Below, piece by piece: positions 1-10,878 of a stretch of 24,000 nt of DNA (positions are counted from its first letter, which is position 1; each line of letters starts with the position of its first letter). The DNA is from Escherichia coli. GTDB lineage: Bacteria > Pseudomonadota > Gammaproteobacteria > Enterobacterales > Enterobacteriaceae. The notes beneath the pieces are model-generated. The model was not told the DNA's origin and did not search any database. It saw only the letters and a list, made by a program, of their open reading frames with translations. The stretch lies in the NCBI RefSeq assembly GCF_916098175.1, contig NZ_OU701449.1; one strand, 5' to 3'. The position numbers and the translations under genes were made by a program.

Positions 1-541
1 CGTCGAGCAGGAGAATGTCTGGATCAGCAAACAGCGCCTGCGCCAGCAGCACACGCAGCTTCCAGCCAGGAGCAACTTCACTCATCGGGCCGTAGTGCTG
101 TTCCACTGGAATTCCCACGCCAAGCAACAGTTCACCGGCGCGAGCTTCCGCAGAGTAACCGTCCATTTCGCCGTATTTCACTTCCAGATCGGCCACTTTA
201 TAGCCGTCTTCTTCACTCATTTCCGGCAAAGCATAGATGCGGTCACGCTCCTGTTTCACTTCCCACAACTCTTTATGCCCCATGATCACCGTATCCAACA
301 CAGTGAACTCTTCAAAGGCAAACTGATCCTGACGCAGCTTACCAATGCGCTCGTTGGGATCGAGGGAAACGTTACCCAACGTCGGCTCTAAGTCGCCGCC
401 GAGGATCTTCATAAAGGTGGATTTACCACTACCGTTCGCGCCAATCAGGCCGTAACGGTTGCCGCCGCCAAATTTGACGGAAATGTTTTCAAACAACGGC
501 TTACTGCCGAACTGCATGGTGACGTTACTGGAAACTAACAC
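1..541 (-). CDS. ybiT: ABC-F family ATPase YbiT, N-terminal part only; the gene runs off the left edge
   Basis: The reverse strand reads [51 protein letters not shown], with Walker [10 protein letters not shown]. Not in the ORF track because of the GTG start and edge truncation. Confidence 0.93.
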   Translation of the reverse strand, partial: MLVSSNVTMQFGSKPLFENISVKFGGGNRYGLIGANGSGKSTFMKILGGDLEPTLGNVSLDPNERIGKLRQDQFAFEEFTVLDTVIMGHKELWEVKQERDRIYALPEMSEEDGYKVADLEVKYGEMDGYSAEARAGELLLGVGIPVEQHYGPMSEVAPGWKLRVLLAQALFADPDILLLD

Positions 542-759
542 AGGCGTATCCTGAAAAGAGATATGACAAACCGCGCATTATGCCATAAGTCTGAAAGAAG
601 ATCCTGCTCCTCGCTTAAGGTCTACACTCAAGCCAAAGGCAAAAAATGTGATTTCGTACACATCTGATTTCACTGTGAGCAGGAATGAACTTATAATGCG
701 CTTCCAATACTCTAATATTCTCAACCCAATGGCCTGCCAGGCACAAAATCTCGCTTAAC

Positions 760-1680
760 ATGAATATGAAATTGAAAACATTATTCGCAGCGGCCTTCGC
801 TGTTGTCGGCTTTTGCAGTACCGCCTCTGCGGTAACTTATCCTCTGCCAACCGACGGGAGTCGCCTGGTTGGTCAGAATCAGGTGATCACCATTCCTGAA
901 GGTAACACTCAGCCGCTGGAGTATTTTGCCGCCGAGTACCAGATGGGGCTTTCCAATATGATGGAAGCGAACCCGGGTGTGGATACCTTCCTGCCGAAAG
1001 GCGGTACTGTACTGAACATTCCGCAGCAGCTGATCCTGCCGGATACCGTTCATGAAGGCATCGTCATTAACAGTGCAGAGATGCGTCTGTATTACTATCC
1101 GAAAGGAACCAACACCGTTATCGTGCTGCCGATCGGCATTGGTCAGTTAGGCAAAGACACGCCTATCAACTGGACCACCAAAGTTGAGCGTAAGAAAGCA
1201 GGCCCGACCTGGACGCCAACCGCTAAAATGCACGCAGAGTACCGCGCTGCGGGCGAACCGCTTCCGGCTGTCGTTCCGGCAGGTCCGGATAACCCGATGG
1301 GTCTGTATGCACTCTACATCGGTCGCCTGTACGCTATCCATGGCACCAACGCCAACTTCGGTATCGGCCTGCGCGTAAGTCATGGTTGTGTGCGCCTGCG
1401 TAACGAAGACATCAAATTCCTGTTCGAGAAAGTGCCGGTCGGTACTCGCGTACAGTTTATTGATGAGCCGGTAAAAGCGACCACCGAGCCAGACGGCAGC
1501 CGTTATATTGAAGTCCATAATCCGCTGTCTACCACCGAAGCCCAGTTTGAAGGTCAGGAAATTGTGCCAATTACCCTGACGAAGAGTGTGCAGACAGTGA
1601 CCGGTCAGCCTGATGTTGACCAGGTTGTTCTGGATGAAGCGATCAAAAATCGTTCCGGGATGCCGGTTCGTCTGAATTAA
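760..1680 (+). CDS. ldtB: L,D-transpeptidase (YbiS/LdtB), anchors Braun lipoprotein to peptidoglycan
   Basis: 306 aa ORF with signal peptide, LysM-like N-terminal region, and YkuD catalytic motif [24 protein letters not shown]. Confidence 0.97.
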
Positions 1681-1699
1681 TCGTCAAAACGTAAAACAG

Positions 1700-1726
1700 A
1701 GGCGGACTCATCATCCGCCTTTTTTA
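1700..1726. terminator. Bidirectional terminator between convergent ldtB and ybiR
   Basis: AGGCGGA-ctcatca-TCCGCCT stem-loop followed by TTTTTTATTT, in a convergent intergenic region. Confidence 0.85.
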
Positions 1727-1737
1727 TTTGCCAGATC

Positions 1738-2856
1738 CTACCAGGCCGGGAGCATAACGAATAAAACGTATCCCACCAGCGCCGCCCACAACAGCATCGG
1801 TATTGAATAGAGATGGAAACGCCACCAGATACGGCGATCGTTCGCCATCCGTAACGCAATCAAATTTGCCAGCGATCCGGGTAATAAACCAAAGCCCCCC
1901 ACGTTTACCGCCCATGCCAGTAATAAAGACGGCGGTACATAATTGAGCAGCAAAATGGTACTCGGCACGTTACTGATCACCTGCGATAAACCGATTGCCG
2001 TTAACCATAACCCGGGTTCAGATAAATGACTCACGTTACCCAACACACCTTGCAACGCTGGAAGCTGGGTCAGTAAATGGACGTCGATAAACATCGCCAT
2101 AAACACCAGCAGCAGCGTCCAGTCCACACTGAGCACCACGCGACGTGCCAGCAGCGCAAAGCCCGCCGCCACAATCACCAGTCCCCACAGCTCTTGTTTT
2201 AACTCCAGCGCCGTCAGAAAGACGATATACAGCCCCAGACAACTCCACACCAGCCGCGGTTTCCACTCCGGAGTTTGCACCCCCGTATGGTATTGCAGTG
2301 CCTTTCCAGGGAAACAACACCAGCACAGGAGCAGGAGCGTCAGCATCATTGCGCCAGCCAGTGGTGCCATTTGGGCAATAAATCCGGCAAACGAAAGACC
2401 AGAACGTCCCCAGATAAGAATATTTTGCGGGTTGCCAATTGGCGTCAGTAGCGAACCAGCGTTGACTGCCAGCGCTTCAAAAATAATCAGCCGATTAACC
2501 GGGATCTCACACAGTCTTTTTAGCGTGATAGTCAGCGGAACAACAATAAACAGCGCGACATCGTTGGTCAGAAAGGTAGAAAGCAGCGCCGCCGCCAGCA
2601 CCATAAACATCGCCAGCCGACGCTCCGTAGCAAAGCGGCGCACCATTTTGCGCCCCAGCACATCAAAATAACCGCTTAACTCCACACCTTTGGTCAGCAG
2701 CATCAGGCCGCTTAAGGTGATGATGGTGTGCCAGTCGATAGCAGCAGGCCAGGATTTCGGTGCAAAAGGCACGAAAAAGCTTAATCCGATACCAACAAGA
2801 ATTAATAACTGAAAAAAACGATCGCCTTGCAGCGTGCGTAAAAAAGGCAGGCTCAT
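1738..2856 (-). CDS. ybiR: Putative membrane transporter YbiR (ArsB/NhaD/CitM-like permease family)
   Basis: 372 aa multi-spanning hydrophobic ORF; position next to mntR matches K-12 order. Confidence 0.93.
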
Positions 2857-3320
2857 TTGGCACCGTGTTTCTGGGTAAACAAACGAAAAGCGTCGAGCGT
2901 CTCTTCACTAACATGGTGCTCCATGCCTTCCGCGTCGCGACGGGCGATTTCCGGACTGACGCCCAACACCAACAAGAAATTTTCGACTATCTGATGTCGC
3001 TCGCGGCTTTCCTGCGCCAGCTTCTCTCCTTCTGCCGTTAAAAACACGCCACGCCAGGGGATCATTTCAATCAGCCCCATGGTTGCCAGTCGCTTAAGCA
3101 TTTTAGCCACCGTCGGTTGCGAAACTCCCAAACGAGCAGCCATGTCTACCTGACGAGCTTCCCCCACTTCCCTGATCAAGTCAGAAATCAGCTCAACGTA
3201 ATCATCAATAAGCTCGCGCCGATGCGCCTCTCTGACCTGGCGGAACCCTTCAACGTGCTCTTCCACGTTCACTAACTGCGTCACTTTTTTTGCTGTTGGC
3301 GTACCTGCGCGACGACTCAT
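2853..3320 (-). CDS. mntR: Manganese-responsive DtxR-family transcriptional regulator MntR
   Basis: 155 aa ORF with DtxR-type winged helix ([23 protein letters not shown]). Overlaps the ybiR start by 4 nt. Confidence 0.97.
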
Positions 3321-3429
3321 TGTGCTTCCTCATTATGGTGACGCATACATAGCGTTCTCATTTCGTGCGCACATTGTAAACCAGAGTTGCGAAGGTACAA
3401 AAAATTAACGTTTTAGCAATAGCTATATA

Positions 3430-3447
3430 ATATAGCCTGTGCTATAT
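3430..3447. promoter_or_regulatory. Probable MntR operator upstream of mntS
   Basis: Perfect inverted repeat ATATAGC-ctgt-GCTATAT, similar to the known E. coli MntR box (ATAGC...GCTAT), located upstream of mntS. Confidence 0.75.
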
Positions 3448-3505
3448 CTGTATGTAATGCAATCATCCCTCAAGGATCGACGGGATTAGCAAGTCAGGAG
3501 GTCTT

Positions 3506-3634
3506 ATGAATGAGTTCAAGAGGTGTATGCGCGTGTTTAGTCATTCTCCCTTTAAAGTACGGTTAATGCTGCTCTCTATGTTGTGCGATATGGTCAACAA
3601 CAAACCGCAGCAAGATAAACCTTCCGATAAATAG
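3506..3634 (+). CDS. mntS: Small protein MntS (42 aa), overlapping the locus originally annotated as sRNA RybA
   Basis: ATG...TAG reads MNEFKRCMRVFSHSPFKVRLMLLSMLCDMVNNKPQQDKPSDK, preceded by a CAGGAGG Shine-Dalgarno. Divergent from mntR. Not in the ORF track, probably because of its length. Confidence 0.93.
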   Translation: MNEFKRCMRVFSHSPFKVRLMLLSMLCDMVNNKPQQDKPSDK

Positions 3635-3905
3635 CGGCGTCACGGTACGCCGCTTCACTCCTGCTTTTATGCAGGCACAACGCGTTTTGGTCTGAAAAAC
3701 CCCACTTTTTGTCGGATTTGCAATCCCCTTCGCAAAAGATTTGTTCGTCAGTAGTTGACCTGAACGGCGGCGCGCTCTATCTTCTTGCAGCCCTGCGTAT
3801 ATTGCGGCTCGCGGATGCGGACCCCTTTCCCCTCTCCACGCACTCTTGCAGGTATTGACCCTTGACGCCAGGGTAAGCACATGGCGTTTGTTACGATAGT
3901 GGCAT

Positions 3906-5489
3906 ATGAATTTAACCCTCAAAGAATCGCTTGTTACCCGTAGCCGGGTATTTAGCCCGTGGACTGCGTTCTACTTTTTACAGTCGCTATTAATTAACCT
4001 CGGCTTAGGTTATCCCTTCAGTTTGCTCTACACCGCTGCGTTTACGGCTATGTTGCTTTTGCTATGGCGAACATTGCCTCGCGTACAAAAAGTTCTGGTC
4101 GGTGTCAGTTCGCTGGTGGCGGCTTGTTATTTCCCTTTTGCTCAGGCCTACGGCGCGCCTAATTTCAATACATTGCTGGCATTGCACTCCACCAATATGG
4201 AAGAGTCGACCGAAATCCTGACGATTTTTCCGTGGTACAGCTACCTGGTCGGCTTATTTATTTTTGCGCTCGGCTTAATAGCAATCAGGCGAAAAAAAGA
4301 GAATGAAAAAGCGCGCTGGAATACCTTCGACAGCCTGTGTCTGGTATTCAGTGTGGCGACATTTTTTGTTGCTCCCATGCAAAACCTGGCCTGGGGCGGC
4401 GTATTTAAACTGAAAGATACCGGCTATCCGGTATTTCGTTTTGCTAAGGATGTCATCGTCAATAATAACGAGGTGATTGAAGAGCAAGAACGGATGGCAA
4501 AACTTTCCGGAATGAAAGATACCTGGACGGTCACTGCCGTTAAGCCGAAATATCAGACCTATGTGGTGGTGATCGGTGAAAGCGCGCGTCGCGATGCCCT
4601 CGGTGCCTTTGGCGGTCACTGGGACAATACCCCGTTTGCCAGCAGTGTTAACGGTTTGATATTTGCTGACTACATTGCCGCCAGTGGCTCCACGCAGAAA
4701 TCGCTTGGCTTAACGCTCAATCGCGTAGTCGATGGCAAACCACAGTTTCAGGATAACTTTGTCACCCTGGCAAATCGCGCGGGCTTCCAGACCTGGTGGT
4801 TTTCCAACCAGGGCCAAATCGGCGAATACGATACCGCCATCGCCAGCATCGCCAAACGTGCAGATGAAGTGTACTTCCTGAAAGAAGGTAATTTTGAAGC
4901 AGATAAAAACACGAAAGACGAAGCGTTACTGGATATGACCGCTCAAGTGCTGGCACAAGAGCACTCGCAACCGCAGCTGATTGTTTTACATCTGATGGGC
5001 TCGCATCCGCAGGCCTGCGACAGGACACAAGGCAAATACGAAACCTTTGTGCAATCGAAAGAAACGTCGTGCTATCTCTATACCATGACGCAAACAGACG
5101 ATTTACTGCGTAAGCTGTACGATCAGTTACGCAACAGCGGCAGCAGCTTCTCGCTGGTTTACTTTTCTGACCACGGTCTGGCCTTTAAAGAGCGCGGCAA
5201 AGACGTGCAATACCTTGCCCATGATGATAAATATCAGCAAAATTTCCAGGTGCCTTTTATGGTCATTTCGAGCGACGATAAAGCGCATCGGGTGATTAAA
5301 GCCCGCCGCTCTGCCAATGACTTCTTAGGCTTTTTCTCCCAGTGGACGGGAATTAAAGCGAAGGAAATTAACATCAAATACCCGTTTATATCTGAGAAGA
5401 AAGCCGGGCCGATATACATCACCAACTTCCAGTTACAGAAGGTGGATTACAACCATCTCGGAACCGATATTTTCGACCCGAAACCTTAA
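3906..5489 (+). CDS. opgE: Phosphoethanolamine transferase family protein (YbiP/OpgE), sulfatase-fold membrane enzyme
   Basis: 527 aa ORF with N-terminal transmembrane segments, VVVIGESARRDALGAFGG and YFSDHGLAF motifs typical of EptA/OpgE-type enzymes. Confidence 0.93.
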   Translation: MNLTLKESLVTRSRVFSPWTAFYFLQSLLINLGLGYPFSLLYTAAFTAMLLLLWRTLPRVQKVLVGVSSLVAACYFPFAQAYGAPNFNTLLALHSTNMEESTEILTIFPWYSYLVGLFIFALGLIAIRRKKENEKARWNTFDSLCLVFSVATFFVAPMQNLAWGGVFKLKDTGYPVFRFAKDVIVNNNEVIEEQERMAKLSGMKDTWTVTAVKPKYQTYVVVIGESARRDALGAFGGHWDNTPFASSVNGLIFADYIAASGSTQKSLGLTLNRVVDGKPQFQDNFVTLANRAGFQTWWFSNQGQIGEYDTAIASIAKRADEVYFLKEGNFEADKNTKDEALLDMTAQVLAQEHSQPQLIVLHLMGSHPQACDRTQGKYETFVQSKETSCYLYTMTQTDDLLRKLYDQLRNSGSSFSLVYFSDHGLAFKERGKDVQYLAHDDKYQQNFQVPFMVISSDDKAHRVIKARRSANDFLGFFSQWTGIKAKEINIKYPFISEKKAGPIYITNFQLQKVDYNHLGTDIFDPKP

Positions 5490-5496
5490 AAACAAA

Positions 5497-5523
5497 AATC
5501 CGCCCCGAGAGGCGGATTTTTTA
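5497..5523. terminator. Bidirectional terminator between convergent ybiP/opgE and ompX
   Basis: AATCCGCC-ccgaga-GGCGGATT hairpin with A/T tracts on both sides. Confidence 0.88.
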
Positions 5524-5537
5524 TATCACCGAAGTGA

Positions 5538-6053
5538 TTAGAAGCGGTAACCAACACCGGCAATCCAGGTGCCTACGTCAACGCTACGAATACGGCTCTG
5601 CTCGTAAGAGAAGTCCAGAGCAACGTTTTCCATCGGGTTGAACTGCAGACCAGCACCGTAGGAGAAACCGTAGTCGCTGGTGTCGTGTTTGTAGGTCGGG
5701 TATTCAGTGGTCTGGAATTTACCATAACCCACACCCACTACACCGTAGATGCTTGCCCAGTCGTTAATGCGGTAAGCCGGACCAGCAGTGATGCCGTAGT
5801 ACTGGTTTTTGTTGTAGTCACCAGAGCTTGCAGTACGGCTTTTCTCGGTGTAAGTGAAAGAACCGATCACACCCAGCGGGCTGTTGTCTTCTTCATAGCG
5901 GTATTTCAGGTTGAAACCGCCCATTTTGTTCATTTGGCCCTGAGCGTCGCTCTGTGCGTAACCGCCAGTTACGGTAGAAGTTGCAGCTACGGAAGTACCT
6001 GCGGTGAAAGCCAGAACTGCGGCCAGTGCTGAAAGACATGCAATTTTTTTCAT
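5538..6053 (-). CDS. ompX: Outer membrane protein X
   Basis: MKKIACLSALAAVLAFTAGTSVAATSTVTGGYAQSD...AGVGYRF; 8-strand beta-barrel with signal peptide and terminal aromatic residue. The track ORF begins 2 codons upstream (MVMKK); 6053 is preferred as the start. Confidence 0.97.
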   Translation of the reverse strand: MKKIACLSALAAVLAFTAGTSVAATSTVTGGYAQSDAQGQMNKMGGFNLKYRYEEDNSPLGVIGSFTYTEKSRTASSGDYNKNQYYGITAGPAYRINDWASIYGVVGVGYGKFQTTEYPTYKHDTSDYGFSYGAGLQFNPMENVALDFSYEQSRIRSVDVGTWIAGVGYRF

Positions 6054-6405
6054 AACCACCTCAAATGTGATTCAAATAAGTCCTAAGTTTTAAATATATC
6101 AAAAATTAATGGGAAACTCTTCGCGATTTGTGATGTCTAACGGGCCATTTCATGTAACAGAACGTTTCCATACACCGCTATCCATCTAAATTTAAATCAC
6201 TTTTTCAGAGAACTGCGTAAGTATTACGCATGTTTTCCCTGTCATTCATCCAGATTATTCCTAATCACCAGACTAATGATTCCATCAATCCTGGCGCATT
6301 TTAGTCAAAACGGGGGAAAATTTTTTCAACAAATGCTCAACCAGCATTGGGTATATCCAGTACACTCCACGCTTTACTTAAGTCTAGATATTTGTGGGAG
6401 AAAGG

Positions 6406-7293
6406 ATGCCTGGTTCATTACGTAAAATGCCGGTCTGGTTACCAATAGTCATATTGCTCGTTGCCATGGCGTCTATTCAGGGTGGAGCCTCGTTAGCTAA
6501 GTCACTTTTTCCTCTGGTGGGCGCACCGGGTGTCACTGCGCTGCGTCTGGCATTAGGAACGCTGATCCTCATCGCGTTCTTTAAGCCATGGCGACTGCGC
6601 TTTGCCAAAGAGCAACGGTTACCGCTGTTGTTTTACGGCGTTTCGCTGGGGGGGATGAATTATCTTTTTTATCTTTCTATTCAGACGGTACCGCTGGGTA
6701 TTGCGGTGGCGCTGGAGTTCACCGGACCACTGGCGGTGGCGCTGTTCTCTTCTCGTCGCCCGGTAGATTTCGTCTGGGTTGTGCTGGCGGTTCTTGGTCT
6801 GTGGTTCCTGCTACCGCTGGGGCAAGACGTTTCCCATGTCGATTTAATCGGCTGTGCGCTGGCACTGGGGGCCGGGGCTTGTTGGGCTATTTACATTTTA
6901 AGTGGGCAACGCGCAGGAGCGGAACATGGCCCTGCGACGGTGGCTATTGGTTCGTTGATTGCAGCGTTAATTTTCGTGCCAATTGGAGCGCTTCAGGCTG
7001 GTGAAGCACTCTGGCACTGGTCGGTTATTCCATTGGGTCTGGCGGTCGCTATTCTCTCGACCGCTCTGCCTTATTCGCTGGAAATGATTGCCCTCACCCG
7101 TTTGCCAACACGGACATTTGGTACGCTGATGAGCATGGAACCGGCGCTGGCTGCCGTTTCCGGGATGATTTTCCTCGGAGAAACACTGACACCCATACAG
7201 CTGCTGGCGCTCGGCGCTATCATCGCCGCTTCAATGGGGTCTACGCTGACAGTACGCAAAGAGAGCAAAATAAAAGAATTAGACATTAATTAA
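6406..7293 (+). CDS. rhtA: Threonine/homoserine exporter RhtA (EamA/DMT family)
   Basis: MPGSLRKMPVWLPIVILLVAMASIQGG... 295 aa with ten predicted TM helices. The track start at 6394 is 4 codons upstream; GGAG precedes the region. Confidence 0.95.
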   Translation: MPGSLRKMPVWLPIVILLVAMASIQGGASLAKSLFPLVGAPGVTALRLALGTLILIAFFKPWRLRFAKEQRLPLLFYGVSLGGMNYLFYLSIQTVPLGIAVALEFTGPLAVALFSSRRPVDFVWVVLAVLGLWFLLPLGQDVSHVDLIGCALALGAGACWAIYILSGQRAGAEHGPATVAIGSLIAALIFVPIGALQAGEALWHWSVIPLGLAVAILSTALPYSLEMIALTRLPTRTFGTLMSMEPALAAVSGMIFLGETLTPIQLLALGAIIAASMGSTLTVRKESKIKELDIN

Positions 7294-7301
7294 ATTTACA
7301 T

Positions 7302-7331
7302 TTCTGCATGGTTATGCATAACCATGCAGAA
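7302..7331. repeat. Perfect 30-bp palindrome in the rhtA-dps intergenic region (possible terminator or operator)
   Basis: TTCTGCATGGTTATGCATAACCATGCAGAA equals its own reverse complement; 9 nt after the rhtA stop. Confidence 0.9.
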
Positions 7332-7447
7332 TTTCTCGCTACTTTTCCTCTACACCGTCTTTATATATCGAATTATGCAAAAGCATATTTATTCCGAAAA
7401 TTCCTGGCGAGCCAATAAATAAGAATTGTTCTTATCAATATAACTAA

Positions 7448-8095
<648 letters not shown>

Positions 8096-8132
8096 ATCCA
8101 TCGTTGATGGTGCAGAACTTTAGTACACGATA

Positions 8133-8166
8133 AAAGCGGCTTCCTGACAGGAGGCCGTTTTGTTTT
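8133..8166 (+). terminator. Probable dps terminator
   Basis: AAAgCGGCtTCCTgacAGGAgGCCGtTTTgTTTT hairpin with T-rich tail about 35 nt after the dps stop. Confidence 0.75.
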
Positions 8167-8312
8167 GTAGCCCGCCTCAACGCACTTATTTAGTGCATCC
8201 ATCTGCTATCCCCAGCTGGTTAAGTAAATTTTTTGTATCCACATCATCACACAATCGTTACATAAAGATTGTTTTTTCATCAGGTTTTACGCTAAATAAT
8301 CACTGTGTTGAG

Positions 8313-8355
8313 TGCACAATTTTAGCGCACCAGTTTGGTGCCCCAGAATGGTGCA
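8313..8355 (+). promoter_or_regulatory. Cluster of NtrC-type binding sites upstream of glnH
   Basis: Three 17-mers resembling TGCACCAnnnnnGGTGCA-type sites: TGCACAATTTTAGCGCA (8313-8329), CGCACCAGTTTGGTGCC (8326-8342), TGCCCCAGAATGGTGCA (8339-8355). Confidence 0.75.
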
Positions 8356-8428
8356 TCTTCAGGGTATTGCCCTATAAATCGTGCATCACGTTTTTGCCGC
8401 ATCTCGAAAAATCAATGAGTTGCAAAAC

Positions 8429-8444
8429 TGGCACGATTTTTTCA
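8429..8444 (+). promoter_or_regulatory. Sigma54 -24/-12 promoter of glnHPQ (glnHp2)
   Basis: TGGCACgatttTTTCA matches the sigma54 pattern TGGCAC-N5-TTGCA with the highly conserved GG; about 55 nt upstream of glnH. Confidence 0.8.
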
Positions 8445-8483
8445 TATATGTGAATGTCACGCAGGGGATCGTCCCGTGGATAG

Positions 8484-9245
<762 letters not shown>

Positions 9246-9275
9246 TAACGCTACGCCTGTAAAGCGCACTGGCAG

Positions 9276-9322
9276 TTCCCTCTCCCCTCTGGGGAGAGGA
9301 TTAGGGTGAGGGGCGCAAACCC
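9276..9322 (+). repeat. Hairpin-forming intergenic repeat between glnH and glnP
   Basis: TTCCCTCTCCCCTCTGGGGAGAGGATTAGGGTGAGGGG; inverted arms TCTCCCC/GGGGAGA plus a GGGTGAGGGG tail typical of a dispersed enterobacterial intergenic sequence (family name not assigned). Confidence 0.75.
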
Positions 9323-9383
9323 GCTCCGGGGCCATTAATTACCCTGAATTTGATTATTTACACCACGGTAACAGGAACAACAT

Positions 9384-10043
9384 ATGCAGTTTGACTGGAG
9401 TGCCATCTGGCCTGCCATTCCGCTTCTGATTGAAGGTGCCAAAATGACCCTGTGGATTTCGGTCCTCGGTTTGGCTGGCGGTCTGGTGATCGGATTGCTG
9501 GCAGGTTTTGCACGCACCTTCGGTGGTTGGATAGCCAACCACGTCGCGCTGGTCTTTATTGAAGTGATCCGCGGCACACCTATCGTCGTCCAGGTGATGT
9601 TTATTTATTTCGCCCTGCCGATGGCGTTTAACGACTTACGCATCGACCCGTTTACTGCGGCGGTGGTCACCATCATGATCAACTCCGGCGCGTACATTGC
9701 GGAAATCACGCGTGGTGCGGTGCTGTCTATTCACAAAGGTTTTCGTGAAGCAGGACTGGCGCTCGGTCTTTCACGTTGGGAAACCATTCGCTACGTCATT
9801 TTACCGCTGGCACTGCGTCGTATGCTGCCGCCGCTGGGTAACCAGTGGATCATCAGTATAAAAGATACCTCGCTGTTTATTGTTATCGGCGTGGCGGAAC
9901 TGACCCGTCAGGGGCAAGAAATTATTGCCGGTAACTTCCGCGCCCTTGAGATCTGGAGCGCCGTGGCGGTGTTCTATCTGATTATTACCCTGGTGCTGAG
10001 CTTTATTCTGCGTCGTCTGGAAAGAAGGATGAAAATCCTGTGA
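9384..10043 (+). CDS. glnP: Glutamine ABC transporter permease
   Basis: 219 aa HisMQ-family permease with EAA-type motif ([32 protein letters not shown]). Confidence 0.98.
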
Positions 10044-10762
10044 TTGAATTTAAAAACGTCTCCAAGCATTTTGGTCCAACCCAGGTGCTGCACAATATCG
10101 ATTTGAACATTGCTCAGGGCGAAGTCGTGGTGATTATCGGGCCGTCCGGTTCCGGTAAATCGACCCTGCTGCGCTGCATCAACAAACTGGAAGAAATCAC
10201 TTCCGGCGATCTGATTGTCGATGGCCTGAAGGTTAACGATCCGAAAGTTGACGAGCGCCTGATTCGCCAGGAAGCAGGTATGGTGTTCCAGCAGTTTTAC
10301 CTCTTCCCGCATCTGACGGCGCTGGAAAACGTCATGTTTGGTCCGCTACGCGTGCGTGGCGCGAACAAAGAAGAGGCGGAAAAACTGGCGCGTGAGCTGC
10401 TGGCGAAAGTCGGCCTGGCAGAACGCGCTCACCACTACCCTTCCGAGCTTTCTGGTGGTCAGCAACAGCGTGTGGCGATTGCCCGTGCGCTGGCGGTAAA
10501 ACCGAAAATGATGCTGTTCGATGAACCGACTTCCGCTCTTGACCCGGAACTGCGCCATGAAGTGCTGAAGGTTATGCAGGACCTGGCTGAAGAAGGGATG
10601 ACGATGGTGATCGTGACCCACGAAATCGGTTTTGCCGAGAAAGTAGCTTCGCGCCTGATCTTTATCGACAAAGGCCGGATTGCGGAAGATGGCGATCCGC
10701 AGGTGTTAATCAAGAACCCACCGAGCCAGCGCTTGCAGGAATTTTTGCAGCACGTCTCTTAA
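10040..10762 (+). CDS. glnQ: Glutamine ABC transporter ATPase
   Basis: 240 aa; Walker [10 protein letters not shown], signature [15 protein letters not shown], Walker [17 protein letters not shown] start overlaps glnP by 4 nt. Confidence 0.98.
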
Positions 10763-10770
10763 CTTCTCAG

Positions 10771-10794
10771 CCTCCCTTTCCCCCGAAAGGGAGG
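10771..10794 (+). terminator. Strong hairpin after glnQ without a U tract
   Basis: CCTCCCTTTC-cccc-GAAAGGGAGG: perfect 10-bp stem with 4-nt loop 8 nt after the glnQ stop, followed by CACACC rather than T-run. Confidence 0.6.
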
Positions 10795-10878
10795 CACACC
10801 AGATTCCTCTCATTTAAAATCGCCCCTCCCCCAGCATCTATACTTATCTTTTTGCTCTGTTTTCTCACTGGAGGAGTC

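Noticed and set aside
3563-3922. 119 aa minus-strand ORF opposite the mntS-ybiP intergenic region
   Set aside because: No recognisable domain, overlaps mntS and the ybiP start on the other strand, and has an atypical Arg/Cys-rich composition.
9384-9577. Short minus-strand ORFs overlapping glnP (80 and 62 aa)
   Set aside because: Antisense frames over glnP with no family support.
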